Assembly: GCA_020072765.1 (NCBI GenBank)
Contig: JAIQGD010000002.1
Coordinates: 4,796-68,795, forward strand
DNA from: Terriglobia bacterium
GTDB lineage: Bacteria > Acidobacteriota > Terriglobia > Acidiferrales > UBA7541
Direction: 5' to 3'
DNA length: 64,000 nt
Within the stretch, counting starts at the first letter, position 1. Every line of letters begins with the position of its first letter. Below, one piece after another: positions 41,337-50,337 of the stretch. A program made the translations under genes and the position numbers. The notes under the pieces are model-generated. The model saw nothing but the letters and a program-made list of their open reading frames with translations, was not told where the DNA came from and did not search any database.

Positions 41337-42890
41337 TCATCCGTCGTGTCCGCTGTAGGACAGATTGAAGGATTTGTTAATCAAGGGGAAGTCGGGAACG
41401 ATGTTGCCGAGGACGGCATATTCGAGGAGCGGCCAATTCTGCCACGACGAGTCATGGGCGTGGCAGCGTCGTATGGCTCCGTCCGGGCCGGTTTCCAGAG
41501 CGATCATCACGGGACCGCGCCATCCTTCAATCAGGCCGACGCCAAGACGATCCGGTTCCGCAAGAGGAACCTCCGTCCGGATGGGACCAGACGAAACATC
41601 TTCGAGGAGCATTCGGCAAAGCTGCAGAGATTCGCCGATCTCACCGAACCGTACCTGCACGCGCGCGGCCACATCGCCGGATGTTTGCGTAACCAACGTT
41701 GCCTTCAGTCGATCGTAGGGCGCCCACGGATGGTCCACTCGTAGATCGCAGCAGACGTCCGAAGCGCGTCCGACCAAACCAATCGCTCCAAGCTTCGCGG
41801 CCAGATCCTTTTCCAAGCGACCCGCTTCACGGAAACGGTCCTGCAACCCGCCGTGCTCGTCATAAATCGAACGTAAATTCTTTACGTCCCGCTCCAGCGT
41901 CAAATACTGATCGAGAAGGGCCCGAGACGCGTGTTCCGGTAGATCGAGGGCTACGCCTCCGGGCAGTATGTAATCCATCAGGTAGCGTGCTCCGAAAGCG
42001 GCAACGTTGGTTCGCAGGAGGTCCTCTTTCAAGCGCGAGAATTGCGTGAGCCCAAAGGCGAAGCCCGCGTCGTTGCCCAGAGCGCCGAGATCGCCAAGAT
42101 GATTGGCCAATCGCTCATGCTCAAGCGCCAGCGCACGCAGGTTCGTGGCTCGAGGGGGACAGACGGTGCCCGCGATGGCTTCCAGCGCCGCGCAATAGGC
42201 CCAAGAAAAGGCGGCGGCGGAATCGCCCGAGAGACGTGCCGCCAGACGGTAACCGTCGTGCTGCCGCATCTCCTCAAATCGCTTGGCGATTCCTTTGTGT
42301 GTATAGCCGAGGCGTTCCTCCAGCCGCAGGACTTTTTCACCCACTACGGAGAAGCGAAAATTCCCCGGCTCGATGATGCCCGCGTGAACGGGGCCCACGG
42401 CAATCTCATGGACGCCATCGCCTTCTACCTGAAGAAACGGATAGGCTTCAGACACCACGGGATATTGCTGGGTACCGTCGACATCTCGCCTCAGCGGGAA
42501 TACCGTCTCGGGCCAGCCGCCATGGCGCAGCCAGCCGCGATTGTCCGGCTCCGTGCTCGCAACCCCCAGCAGGTCGTAAATCGCGCGCTCCATCCGCAGC
42601 GCACTGGGAAATTGGGACGCAAGACTTGGGTACGTGGGATTCGCAACGTCGCCCGGGTCGTGCTCTAACACCAGCACATCTTGTGGGAGAAGATAGGCGG
42701 CGTAGATGCGGAAGCGGCCGTCACGGCCACGATCATCCGCACCCCAGAGAGTGAGAAAGCGCCCGCCAGAGGCGCTCAACTCTTCGGCGGCCCGTCGCCA
42801 ACTCGCGGCATCTACCTTCACGCAGCGGCACGCTAAGTTGGACGGAAGCTGCCTAGTTGCTTGCGCGGGGAAATCGAAACTCATATGCAT
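41337..42890 (-). CDS. fused NuoC-NuoD / HycE-like large subunit lacking all [NiFe]-ligand cysteines
   Basis: VGPVHAGIIEPGNFRF and ERLGYTHKGIAKRFE are HycE/NuoD-like. The L1 motif position reads RLSGDSAAAF and the C-terminus reads NLSYSGHDG*, with no CxxC pairs. ATG 42890 overlaps the upstream TGA. Confidence 0.8.
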   Translation of the reverse strand: MHMSFDFPAQATRQLPSNLACRCVKVDAASWRRAAEELSASGGRFLTLWGADDRGRDGRFRIYAAYLLPQDVLVLEHDPGDVANPTYPSLASQFPSALRMERAIYDLLGVASTEPDNRGWLRHGGWPETVFPLRRDVDGTQQYPVVSEAYPFLQVEGDGVHEIAVGPVHAGIIEPGNFRFSVVGEKVLRLEERLGYTHKGIAKRFEEMRQHDGYRLAARLSGDSAAAFSWAYCAALEAIAGTVCPPRATNLRALALEHERLANHLGDLGALGNDAGFAFGLTQFSRLKEDLLRTNVAAFGARYLMDYILPGGVALDLPEHASRALLDQYLTLERDVKNLRSIYDEHGGLQDRFREAGRLEKDLAAKLGAIGLVGRASDVCCDLRVDHPWAPYDRLKATLVTQTSGDVAARVQVRFGEIGESLQLCRMLLEDVSSGPIRTEVPLAEPDRLGVGLIEGWRGPVMIALETGPDGAIRRCHAHDSSWQNWPLLEYAVLGNIVPDFPLINKSFNLSYSGHDG

Positions 42891-44341
42891 CACCCAATCA
42901 GGCGCGCGGCAGCGCGATACCACTCGGCAAGCGCCGGCGGCATGTAGAGTCCCAGCGTCAACACCATGGCAAGATGAACGAACACGGGCAGCAGGGCCGG
43001 AGAATGGGGCAAGGGAGGCGCGTCGCTCTCCCCGAAAACCATCGGCTGCACCCGGCTGAAAATTGCGGCAAACGCAACACCAAGAGCAATCAGGAGAAAA
43101 GGAGTGCTCCAGGGATGTTCCCTCATGGCGGTCGTAAGAATTAGAAATTCACTCGCAAAGACGCCAAATGGCGGCATACCCAGAATGGCGATCGATCCCA
43201 GCATGAGTCCCCAGCCAATGGTTGGGCTGATACCCAGCAGACCGCGAATTCCATCCATTTGCTGGGTGCCGGCAGTCTGCGAAGCATGTCCCGCGGTGAA
43301 GAAGATCGATGACTTCGTCAGGGAGTGGACGGTCATGTGCAGCAATGCCGCGAAATTGGCCACCGGCCCACCCAACCCGAATGCAAAGGTGATGATCCCC
43401 ATGTGCTCGATCGATGAGTATCCAAAGAGCCGTTTAATATCGCGCTGTCTCCATAGAAAGAACGCACCAAGCACCGCCGACAGCAGTCCAAACGTCATCA
43501 ACATATGGCCCGGAAGAGAACGGCCGACGGAGCCCTCAACCAGTACCTTGCAACGAATGACGGCGTAGAGCGCAACGTTCAGAAGAAGGCCGGAGAGGAC
43601 AGCCGATACCGGCGTCGGGCCTTCGGCATGTGCGTCGGGAAGCCAATTGTGCAGGGGCGCAAGACCAACCTTGGTGCCGTATCCCACCAGAAGAAAGACG
43701 AACGCAAGTCCTAACACCCTCGGTTCAAGTTGGCCTTTAACAGCATTGAGGTGCGTCCACAGCAGTGCGGTCATGCCCTCGCGCCCAAGAGTCTGTTCCG
43801 CGGCGAAATATAGCAAGATAGTTCCAAACAGGGCTTGGGCAATGCCAACGCCACACAGAATGAAGTACTTCCAGGCTGCTTCCAAGCTGGCCCGCGTACG
43901 GTACAGCGACACCAGCAACACGGTGGACAGCGTGGCGGCCTCCATGGCGACCCACAACAGGCCCATGTTGTTGGTGAGTAGCGCCAGCAGCATGGCCCCC
44001 ATAAAGAGTTGGTACATACTGTGGTAGAGGCGCAGGCGCCCCGGAGTGACGCGTCCGAGGTGTTCTTCAATGCGCATGTAAGGGCGGGAAAAGAGCGCCG
44101 TAGTGAAGCCCACGAAAGCGGTCAGCCCTACGAGAAACACGTTGAACGAATCAACGAAGAATTGCTCGTGCCCGACCAGCATGGGACCGTGCCGGATAAC
44201 TCGCAGGACCAACAGTGAGGAGACGATCAGGGTGGCCAGGCTCATGGCGGCATTGAGTTCGGCGGCGAAGCGACGTGCGCCGAACAGGGCCAATAAGACG
44301 GACCCGAGCAGCGGCAAGCCTAGTACCAGCAAGATTTCCAC
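42890..44341 (-). CDS. HyfF-like antiporter-type subunit (NuoM/N family)
   Basis: GTG 44341 is preceded by AAGGAGG. The product is a polytopic protein of about 483 aa with WVAMEAATLSTVLLV, KYFILCGVG, LHNWLPDAHAEGPTPVSA and SSIEHMG. Confidence 0.8.
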   Translation of the reverse strand: MEILLVLGLPLLGSVLLALFGARRFAAELNAAMSLATLIVSSLLVLRVIRHGPMLVGHEQFFVDSFNVFLVGLTAFVGFTTALFSRPYMRIEEHLGRVTPGRLRLYHSMYQLFMGAMLLALLTNNMGLLWVAMEAATLSTVLLVSLYRTRASLEAAWKYFILCGVGIAQALFGTILLYFAAEQTLGREGMTALLWTHLNAVKGQLEPRVLGLAFVFLLVGYGTKVGLAPLHNWLPDAHAEGPTPVSAVLSGLLLNVALYAVIRCKVLVEGSVGRSLPGHMLMTFGLLSAVLGAFFLWRQRDIKRLFGYSSIEHMGIITFAFGLGGPVANFAALLHMTVHSLTKSSIFFTAGHASQTAGTQQMDGIRGLLGISPTIGWGLMLGSIAILGMPPFGVFASEFLILTTAMREHPWSTPFLLIALGVAFAAIFSRVQPMVFGESDAPPLPHSPALLPVFVHLAMVLTLGLYMPPALAEWYRAAARLIG

Positions 44342-44342
44342 T

Positions 44343-45008
44343 TCAGTCCTCCTTGAGCGATTCCAGGTGATGCAGATCGAGGCTGTCGAACTGCTCACGG
44401 ATCTGGAAGAAAAAGATGCCGAGAATGAACACGCCAACCAGCAAGTCCAGTGCGATGCCCAGTTCGATCACCATCGGCATGCCGTAGGTCGCGCTCGTTG
44501 CGGCGAAAAACAGGCCGTTCTCCATAGCGAGAAATCCAATGACCTGCGTGATCGCTTTGCGGCGGGTAATCATCATTAGAAACGCCAGCAGGATCACGGC
44601 GAGGGCGATACCGAGCGTGTGGCGCGTGATGGTGGTGGCCAGCATGCTGATTGGTTGCGCCAAGCCGAAAGCGAAGATCACGAGCACGAGTCCTACGAGC
44701 ATGGTCGCGGGGATATTGACGAGCGGTTCACTGTCCCATTGCGCGCCGAGCTGATAGATCAGCCGATGGAGAATCCAAGGCAGCGCGATAACCTTTAGCA
44801 TCAGAGTGAGAGCTGCCGAATAGTAGATTTCCGATAGCCCGGAACTGTGGGCCACCAGACACGTCGAGAGAAAGAGGATGGCGCCCTGCCAGGCTAAGAG
44901 CGTAATCAACCGTTGCGTGCGGCGCCGCGAGAGCATGGCGAAGGAGATGAGCAACAAGCCTGCGGCGAGAACGTTGAGAACCTGCGCGATCAGATGAGAT
45001 GTAGGCAT
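44343..45008 (-). CDS. HyfE-like small membrane subunit (NuoK-related)
   Basis: The 221-aa hydrophobic ORF contains ...VIGFLAMENGLFFAA..., as in hydrogenase-4 component E. Confidence 0.7.
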   Translation of the reverse strand: MPTSHLIAQVLNVLAAGLLLISFAMLSRRRTQRLITLLAWQGAILFLSTCLVAHSSGLSEIYYSAALTLMLKVIALPWILHRLIYQLGAQWDSEPLVNIPATMLVGLVLVIFAFGLAQPISMLATTITRHTLGIALAVILLAFLMMITRRKAITQVIGFLAMENGLFFAATSATYGMPMVIELGIALDLLVGVFILGIFFFQIREQFDSLDLHHLESLKED

Positions 45009-45013
45009 TTTGG

Positions 45014-45967
45014 TTAGGCCCTCAGTAGAAGATGAACCAGCAAGCCAAGGACAGCGATCAAGAATGCCATCGCCAGGTATTCAGGAGCGCGAAAGATACG
45101 CAGCTTGGCCGACAGTGATTCGACGAACGCCAACGCCGCTCCAGCGAGCGCGAGTTTCCCAATCAATGCGGCAAATGCCAGGAACAGCGGCAGACCCCCA
45201 TCCTGGCCATGGGTTGCAATGCCCCAGGGAAGAAACAACGCGAATCCAATGCAGGCGTAGTTGAAGAGCTTCAGGCTCGATGCCCACTCCACCAAGGCGA
45301 GGTGCCGGGCCGAGTATTCGAGCAGCATCGCTTCGTGAATCATCGTGAGTTCGAGATGAGTCGCCGGATTGTCGATCGGGAGGCGGGCATTTTCGGCCAG
45401 CAGTACCATCAAGAATGCGACGGCTGCAAAGATCACACTGGGATCGACGGCGGCTCGATGCGCGGCGTATCCGTCGACCAGATCTGGCAACGCAGTACTT
45501 CCGAAGACCAGAAAAGCATTGAACAGCACCATCAGCAACGCCGGTTCCGCCAGGAAGCCAACCATCATCTCGCGCCGAGCTCCCATCGTGCCGAAGGCCG
45601 TGCCGATATCCATGGCCGCCAGCGACTGGAACACGCGCGCCGTGGCAAAAAGGCCGATCAGCGCGATCGCGTCGGCCACCCGCGCGAGCGGCAGGTCGGT
45701 CACCAGCGAAGGGATAATGGCCGCCGCCAGCGCCATCGCCCCAAATAGCACGTAGGGCGTTGCCCGAAAGAGCGCCGATGCATCCATGGCGAGCGCCGCA
45801 TCTTTGTGGAAGAGCTTGTCCAACATTCGATACGGCTGTAGCAACGGCGGTGCGGAGCGATTCTGCAGCCAGGCGCGACATTGTGCGATCCATCCGGAAA
45901 ACAGCGGAGCGATCGCGATGGCCAGCACTACTTCCGCGAGTTGGCGAATGAATGTGATTCCGCTCAT
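45014..45967 (-). CDS. HyfC/HycD-like membrane subunit (NuoH family)
   Basis: ATG 45967 overlaps the upstream TGA (ATGA). The sequence contains LLQPY..L.KLF.K..., GTMGARREMMVGFLAEPAL and EAMLLEYS. Confidence 0.8.
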   Translation of the reverse strand: MSGITFIRQLAEVVLAIAIAPLFSGWIAQCRAWLQNRSAPPLLQPYRMLDKLFHKDAALAMDASALFRATPYVLFGAMALAAAIIPSLVTDLPLARVADAIALIGLFATARVFQSLAAMDIGTAFGTMGARREMMVGFLAEPALLMVLFNAFLVFGSTALPDLVDGYAAHRAAVDPSVIFAAVAFLMVLLAENARLPIDNPATHLELTMIHEAMLLEYSARHLALVEWASSLKLFNYACIGFALFLPWGIATHGQDGGLPLFLAFAALIGKLALAGAALAFVESLSAKLRIFRAPEYLAMAFLIAVLGLLVHLLLRA

Positions 45968-48000
45968 AGGAGAACAAATATCAGTAAAGCAATGAGAGTC
46001 AGAAAGCTGTAGAGCAGATAGATCGACAGCCGTCCACTCTGCACAACTCCAATCGCATCCGCAAGCCGCTGCACTCCGCGCGCAATCGGAAGATAAATCC
46101 CCCGCCACAGACGATCTTCAATGTGAATTCTGTAGCGCGGGGCACGATCGGTGGGCGACGGCAAATCGCGCTCCATACGGAAAAAACCTCCGAACATGTG
46201 CCGGATCGGCTGGCCAAACCCCTCCGCCGTATCCTGCATGCGCGAGGTCTGCCACGGATAACCGCAATCCCAGGTCGCCGTTCGGCGCACGCGTCCGTGG
46301 GCCAAAAAACGCACGAGCACGAAGGCGACACCCACCACACCGACAATTCCAAGCAGTAATATCAGACCGCTGTAGGAGGCCTGGCCCGACGCAATCGGGG
46401 CAATCCACCAAACGGTGGCACTGGGTCTGACACTCTCGCCCAGTAACGTGCCGGTGACCGCTGCCGCCGATCTCAGTGCGAGTTGTGGCAGCACTCCGAT
46501 CACGATGCATCCCAAAGCCAGCCAACCAAGGCCCAGGCGTTCGAGCCAGTTGGCATCACGGGCGTTTGCCAGCGAAGCTTCCCGCGGCTGCCCGAGAAAA
46601 ATCACGCCATAGAACTTCACCATCACGTAGGCCGCAAGAGCAACGGTCAACGCGAGCGCTGCCGCGCCGAGCGGGATCAGCATGTTGAGGAAGGCATGGG
46701 GAAGCTGCGGAGTGAATAGAAACGACTGTAACAACAGCCATTCGGAAACGAAACCGTTGAGTGGCGGCAAGCCCGCAATGGACAGTGTGCCGACCAGCGC
46801 CAGGGTCGCCACCCAGGGCATATGACGAATCAGGCCGCCGAGCTTACCAAGGCTACGCTGTTTCGTGGCGTGTAGGACGGAACCAGTGGCGAGAAAAAGC
46901 AAGCTCTTGAACAGTGCGTGATTCAGGGCGTGGACTAAGGCCGCGGTGAAAGCGAGAGCCGCAAACAATCGCAAGCCGCTTGTCTCAAACAGAATCGCGA
47001 GACCGATCCCTGTAAAGATCACTCCGATATTTTCAATCGAGGAGTACGCCAGGAGGCGTTTCATGTCCGTCTGTACTGCCGCAAAGATTGCCCCGTAGAG
47101 GGCCGAGAACAGACCGAGCGCAAGCAGCAGCGCGCCCCACCACCATAGCCGGACGTGCAGCAGGTCGAAACTGATTCGCAGCATTCCATAGATTGCCGTC
47201 TTGAGCATCAGCCCGCTCATCATTGCCGACACCGGCGATGGTGCTGCAGGATGAGCTTCCGGCAACCATACGTGTAACGGAACCAGACCCGCTTTCGCTC
47301 CAAAACCCAATAGCGCAAGCAGGAACGCGGTGGTTGCCCAGAACGGTGTCAGGGAAGCGCCGCGCATCGCGTCGAATGTGAACTGCCAACTGCCACCCTG
47401 GAGCACTCCGAAGCTCAGCAGGATGCAGATGGCGCCTACGTGGGCCATGATGAGATAAAGGAATCCAGCGCGACGGATGTCAGGAATACGGTGCTGGGAG
47501 GTCACCAAAAAGTACGAACTCAGCGCCATCGTTTCCCACGCCACCATGAACAGGTAGGCATCGTCGGCGAGTATCACCACTGCCATGCTGGCGAGGAATA
47601 CGTGATATTGCAGGCCCAGCAAGGCAGGCGCCGTGCCTTCGCCCGATCGAAAGTAACCGGCCGCAAATGTCGAGATGCCGGCCCCTGCTACTCCCACCAA
47701 CAATAAGAAGAAGGCCGACAATGCATCCAGGCGAATGTGGAAGGGTAGATCGGGAAGACCCAGTGGAAGGACCAGAACCTGTGCGGTCCCGCCTGCAGCA
47801 AGGAACATTCCTGCCAGAACAGCAACACTGAAAGCCACCAAAGCCCCCAGCAGAAAAAGCAGACGCTCAAGACGTATGCTGTGGAGACCGAGCAAACCCG
47901 CGAGGCCCAGGACAACCCAAATGGTTACGAGGATCAGCAGGAACCGGAGATCGTGGACCATCAAAGCCGATCCTGCGCCTAATATTTTAATGATGAGCAC
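45964..48000 (-). CDS. HyfB/HycC-like antiporter-type subunit (NuoL family)
   Basis: The 678-aa polytopic ORF contains WETMALSSYFLV, PLHVWLPEAHPAAPSPVSA and YSSIENIG. Start is GTG 48000 or ATG 47961. Confidence 0.8.
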   Translation of the reverse strand: MLIIKILGAGSALMVHDLRFLLILVTIWVVLGLAGLLGLHSIRLERLLFLLGALVAFSVAVLAGMFLAAGGTAQVLVLPLGLPDLPFHIRLDALSAFFLLLVGVAGAGISTFAAGYFRSGEGTAPALLGLQYHVFLASMAVVILADDAYLFMVAWETMALSSYFLVTSQHRIPDIRRAGFLYLIMAHVGAICILLSFGVLQGGSWQFTFDAMRGASLTPFWATTAFLLALLGFGAKAGLVPLHVWLPEAHPAAPSPVSAMMSGLMLKTAIYGMLRISFDLLHVRLWWWGALLLALGLFSALYGAIFAAVQTDMKRLLAYSSIENIGVIFTGIGLAILFETSGLRLFAALAFTAALVHALNHALFKSLLFLATGSVLHATKQRSLGKLGGLIRHMPWVATLALVGTLSIAGLPPLNGFVSEWLLLQSFLFTPQLPHAFLNMLIPLGAAALALTVALAAYVMVKFYGVIFLGQPREASLANARDANWLERLGLGWLALGCIVIGVLPQLALRSAAAVTGTLLGESVRPSATVWWIAPIASGQASYSGLILLLGIVGVVGVAFVLVRFLAHGRVRRTATWDCGYPWQTSRMQDTAEGFGQPIRHMFGGFFRMERDLPSPTDRAPRYRIHIEDRLWRGIYLPIARGVQRLADAIGVVQSGRLSIYLLYSFLTLIALLIFVLL

Positions 48001-48091
48001 TGGATGATCAACCTCAGTCTGCAGCTAAGAATGCGCAATGCAAGTCACGGCCGCTAATTACGGAGCCTCGCAAGTCAGATGCCCCGGAACA

Positions 48092-48484
48092 TCACTTCTC
48101 CGGCTCTACGGAGCGATTATCCATTTCATCCAGCAACTCCAGTGACTCCTTCAGATGTTTTTGGAAATAGCGACGCATCAGGGCAAGAACCTTGTTGATG
48201 ATCGGGTCACGAACGGAATAGAAGACTTGGTTCCCGACCTTGCGGTTCACAACCAGCCGGTTGGACCTGAGTACGGTCAAGTGTTGGGAGACATTGGCTT
48301 GTTCCATGCCGAGCTTTCCGATGAGTTCGCCCGCCGAGAGTTCACCGCCCCCTAGCAGTTCAATGATCGCGATCCGTGTGGGGTGTGCGAGCGCTTGAAA
48401 GATATCGGCCTTAAAGCGGCGCAGCAAGTCGGGCGTAGAGTTCACTCTAGTCAATTGGAATATTCGATTCTTCGCATATATCAT
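48092..48484 (-). CDS. ArsR/SmtB-family transcriptional regulator (no cysteine residues)
   Basis: The sequence FQALAHPTRIAIIELLGGGELSAGELIGKLGMEQANVSQHLTVLRSNRLV is a winged HTH. There is no Cys anywhere in the 130 aa. It lies 91 nt upstream of the hyfB-like gene on the same strand. Confidence 0.85.
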   Translation of the reverse strand: MIYAKNRIFQLTRVNSTPDLLRRFKADIFQALAHPTRIAIIELLGGGELSAGELIGKLGMEQANVSQHLTVLRSNRLVVNRKVGNQVFYSVRDPIINKVLALMRRYFQKHLKESLELLDEMDNRSVEPEK

Positions 48485-49493
48485 ATCACGGTATCGAAGG
48501 AAGCAGAGAGCAAGACAGACTTGGCTGAATCCGTCGACAAGCTAGATCGCTGATCGGGAATAGACCGAGGCACTGGAACACCCAAAATGTCGGCAACGCA
48601 TCTACCGGGTTTCTGTGCGAAGGGTACGCAGAAGGTACACGGAAAATCTGAGGCCTGCAACTTGCTGAAGAAAGACCGTAGAAATGGTGGAGGCGGGGGG
48701 AGTCGCACTACGGCGGTTCGTTGAAACTACGCAAGTCACTCACTTTAGGTTACTCCCAATACGCCAGAAACGCCGAAACTGCCGGTCGGGGGTAGACGGC
48801 GGGTACACGCAGTCGCTGAAAACATTGGGAGCACCGACGCAGAAAGACCGACCTATCTGCCCGTTAAGAAACCGCCGAATTGTCGAGCGATAGACGATAA
48901 AAATGGCTTCCGAGAACATACAAGCGAGATATGCACCCGCCATCCACGAGCGTACCTAGTTTTGAGCAATTGTCAACCCGTCTCAGGGCTCTCAGCTAAC
49001 GTCGGCAAATCCGCAAATTAGCGATTTCCTCCGGTTTTCCAGTTCTTGATCGTCAAAGAGGGTTAGTCCCGGGAACTGCCATTTTCGGGTAGCTCCACCA
49101 GACTCCCACGCGGCCTCGTTTCCAGGTTCCAATACTGCTTCCATGTAAGAAGGGCGCTTTGGACGGCGGGGGCCTCATCATGGAAGCCCAAAAACGGTGC
49201 AGGATTGAACGACACGAGGTAGTTTTGTTCGAATGTACGCGCTCTTCGTTCGTTTTGCGCTAGGTTGAGTGACACTTTAGTGACCGTGGCCGCTTTCCGA
49301 CTCCGGGCGCACATGCATGTAAGAAGCTCACCTCAAGAGCCGTCCGGGTACTAGAAGTTCTTAGAATCTATCTACCAACAATTGTTAATTGGCAGGATCA
49401 GTACTTGCATAGACGGGACCCTCTGATGTATCTATAGTTCTGGTACTTCTGGAACGAATCTTCGCACATCGCGCCAGATGATGAGGGATCCCT

Positions 49494-50180
49494 ATGGGGA
49501 GCAAGACCAAAGTTTTCATAGCTTCCTCCAATCGTCTGCTGAGGGAATCAATCGTGCGAATCTTGGCCAAGAGGACCGACTTTGAGATCGTTGGGGCACA
49601 AGCGATTTGCTCCACAACCCGTAATGAAATCGTTGACTCAGGCGCCGGCACATTTGTCCTCGATTCGCTGGAGTTCTTTCTCAATGCTCCCATCTTGTCC
49701 TCTGAAACCGGGGTCCGGAACCGTTTGGCCAAGAGTGTTCTGGTCGCCATGGACGATAGCCCCGACGACTTCCTGATGGCTATCCGACACGGCGCGTTCG
49801 GGTATGTACTACAGGAAGCATCGGCGCTTGACGTTGTGTCGGCGATTCGAACGGTGGCGGAAGGAGAGGCTGTGTGTCCGCCTCGCTACGTTCGAGTTCT
49901 TTTCGACCACGTCGCCAAGCAGGCTGCCGAGTTTCCAAGCAGCCGGAAGCGCATGCAGACAGGCCTAACGCGCCGCGAACAGCAACTGGTTCCCCTGATC
50001 GGGCGCGGGCTCAGCAATAAGGAAATCGCCAGCCACTTCGGGCTGTCGGAGCAGACGGTGAAGAATCACATCCATCGGATCCTCCGCAAAGTGGGTGCCT
50101 CGGATCGTTTAAGTGTGTCCGAAGCCTGCCAGATTACAAGACTCGGTTGGAGTACCAAGAGTACCGCAGACGCAGTTTAG
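49494..50180 (+). CDS. LuxR/NarL-type regulator with degenerate receiver domain
   Basis: The C-terminal HTH reads LTRREQQLVPLIGRGLSNKEIASHFGLSEQTVKNHIHRILRKVG. The N-terminal receiver-like fold has SS in place of the acidic DD pair (VFIASSNRLL) and Q in place of the conserved Lys (GYVLQEAS). Confidence 0.8.
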   Translation: MGSKTKVFIASSNRLLRESIVRILAKRTDFEIVGAQAICSTTRNEIVDSGAGTFVLDSLEFFLNAPILSSETGVRNRLAKSVLVAMDDSPDDFLMAIRHGAFGYVLQEASALDVVSAIRTVAEGEAVCPPRYVRVLFDHVAKQAAEFPSSRKRMQTGLTRREQQLVPLIGRGLSNKEIASHFGLSEQTVKNHIHRILRKVGASDRLSVSEACQITRLGWSTKSTADAV

Positions 50181-50337
50181 GTACGATTCCGTCGCTCGTA
50201 CTTGAAAGTACCCAGTACGAAGGTCAGCTTGGTACCTGACCAGGCAACTAATTCCTCGCCTCATTCCTTGGAACCAAATTGAACCTGTCGCTACGGCATC
50301 GTTTTGTCGGATACTCGCGCTCGCGAGGGAGGATTAT

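Noticed and set aside
48684-49075. A possible tmRNA (ssrA) or tRNA gene on the minus strand, ending in ...GACTCCCCCCGCCTCCACCA.
   Set aside because: - No GGGGG partner for the T-stem lies 7 nt upstream.
- No GGAGGCG acceptor 5' strand lies at tRNA or tmRNA distance.
- No plausible tag reading frame ends in a typical ..LAA-type tag.
- Only the 3'-terminal fragment of about 20 nt is tRNA-like.
49055-49110. An RNase P RNA-like motif, GAGGGTTAGTCCCGGGAAC, resembling GAGGAAAGTCCGGGC.
   Set aside because: The match is imperfect, with an extra C and TT in place of AA. I found no downstream ACAGAA..GGCTTA-type P4 partner within 400 nt.
49063-49314. An 83-aa minus-strand ORF inside the 1-kb spacer.
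   Set aside because: It has no Shine-Dalgarno sequence and no family resemblance. It could be a gene remnant, but I cannot support it.
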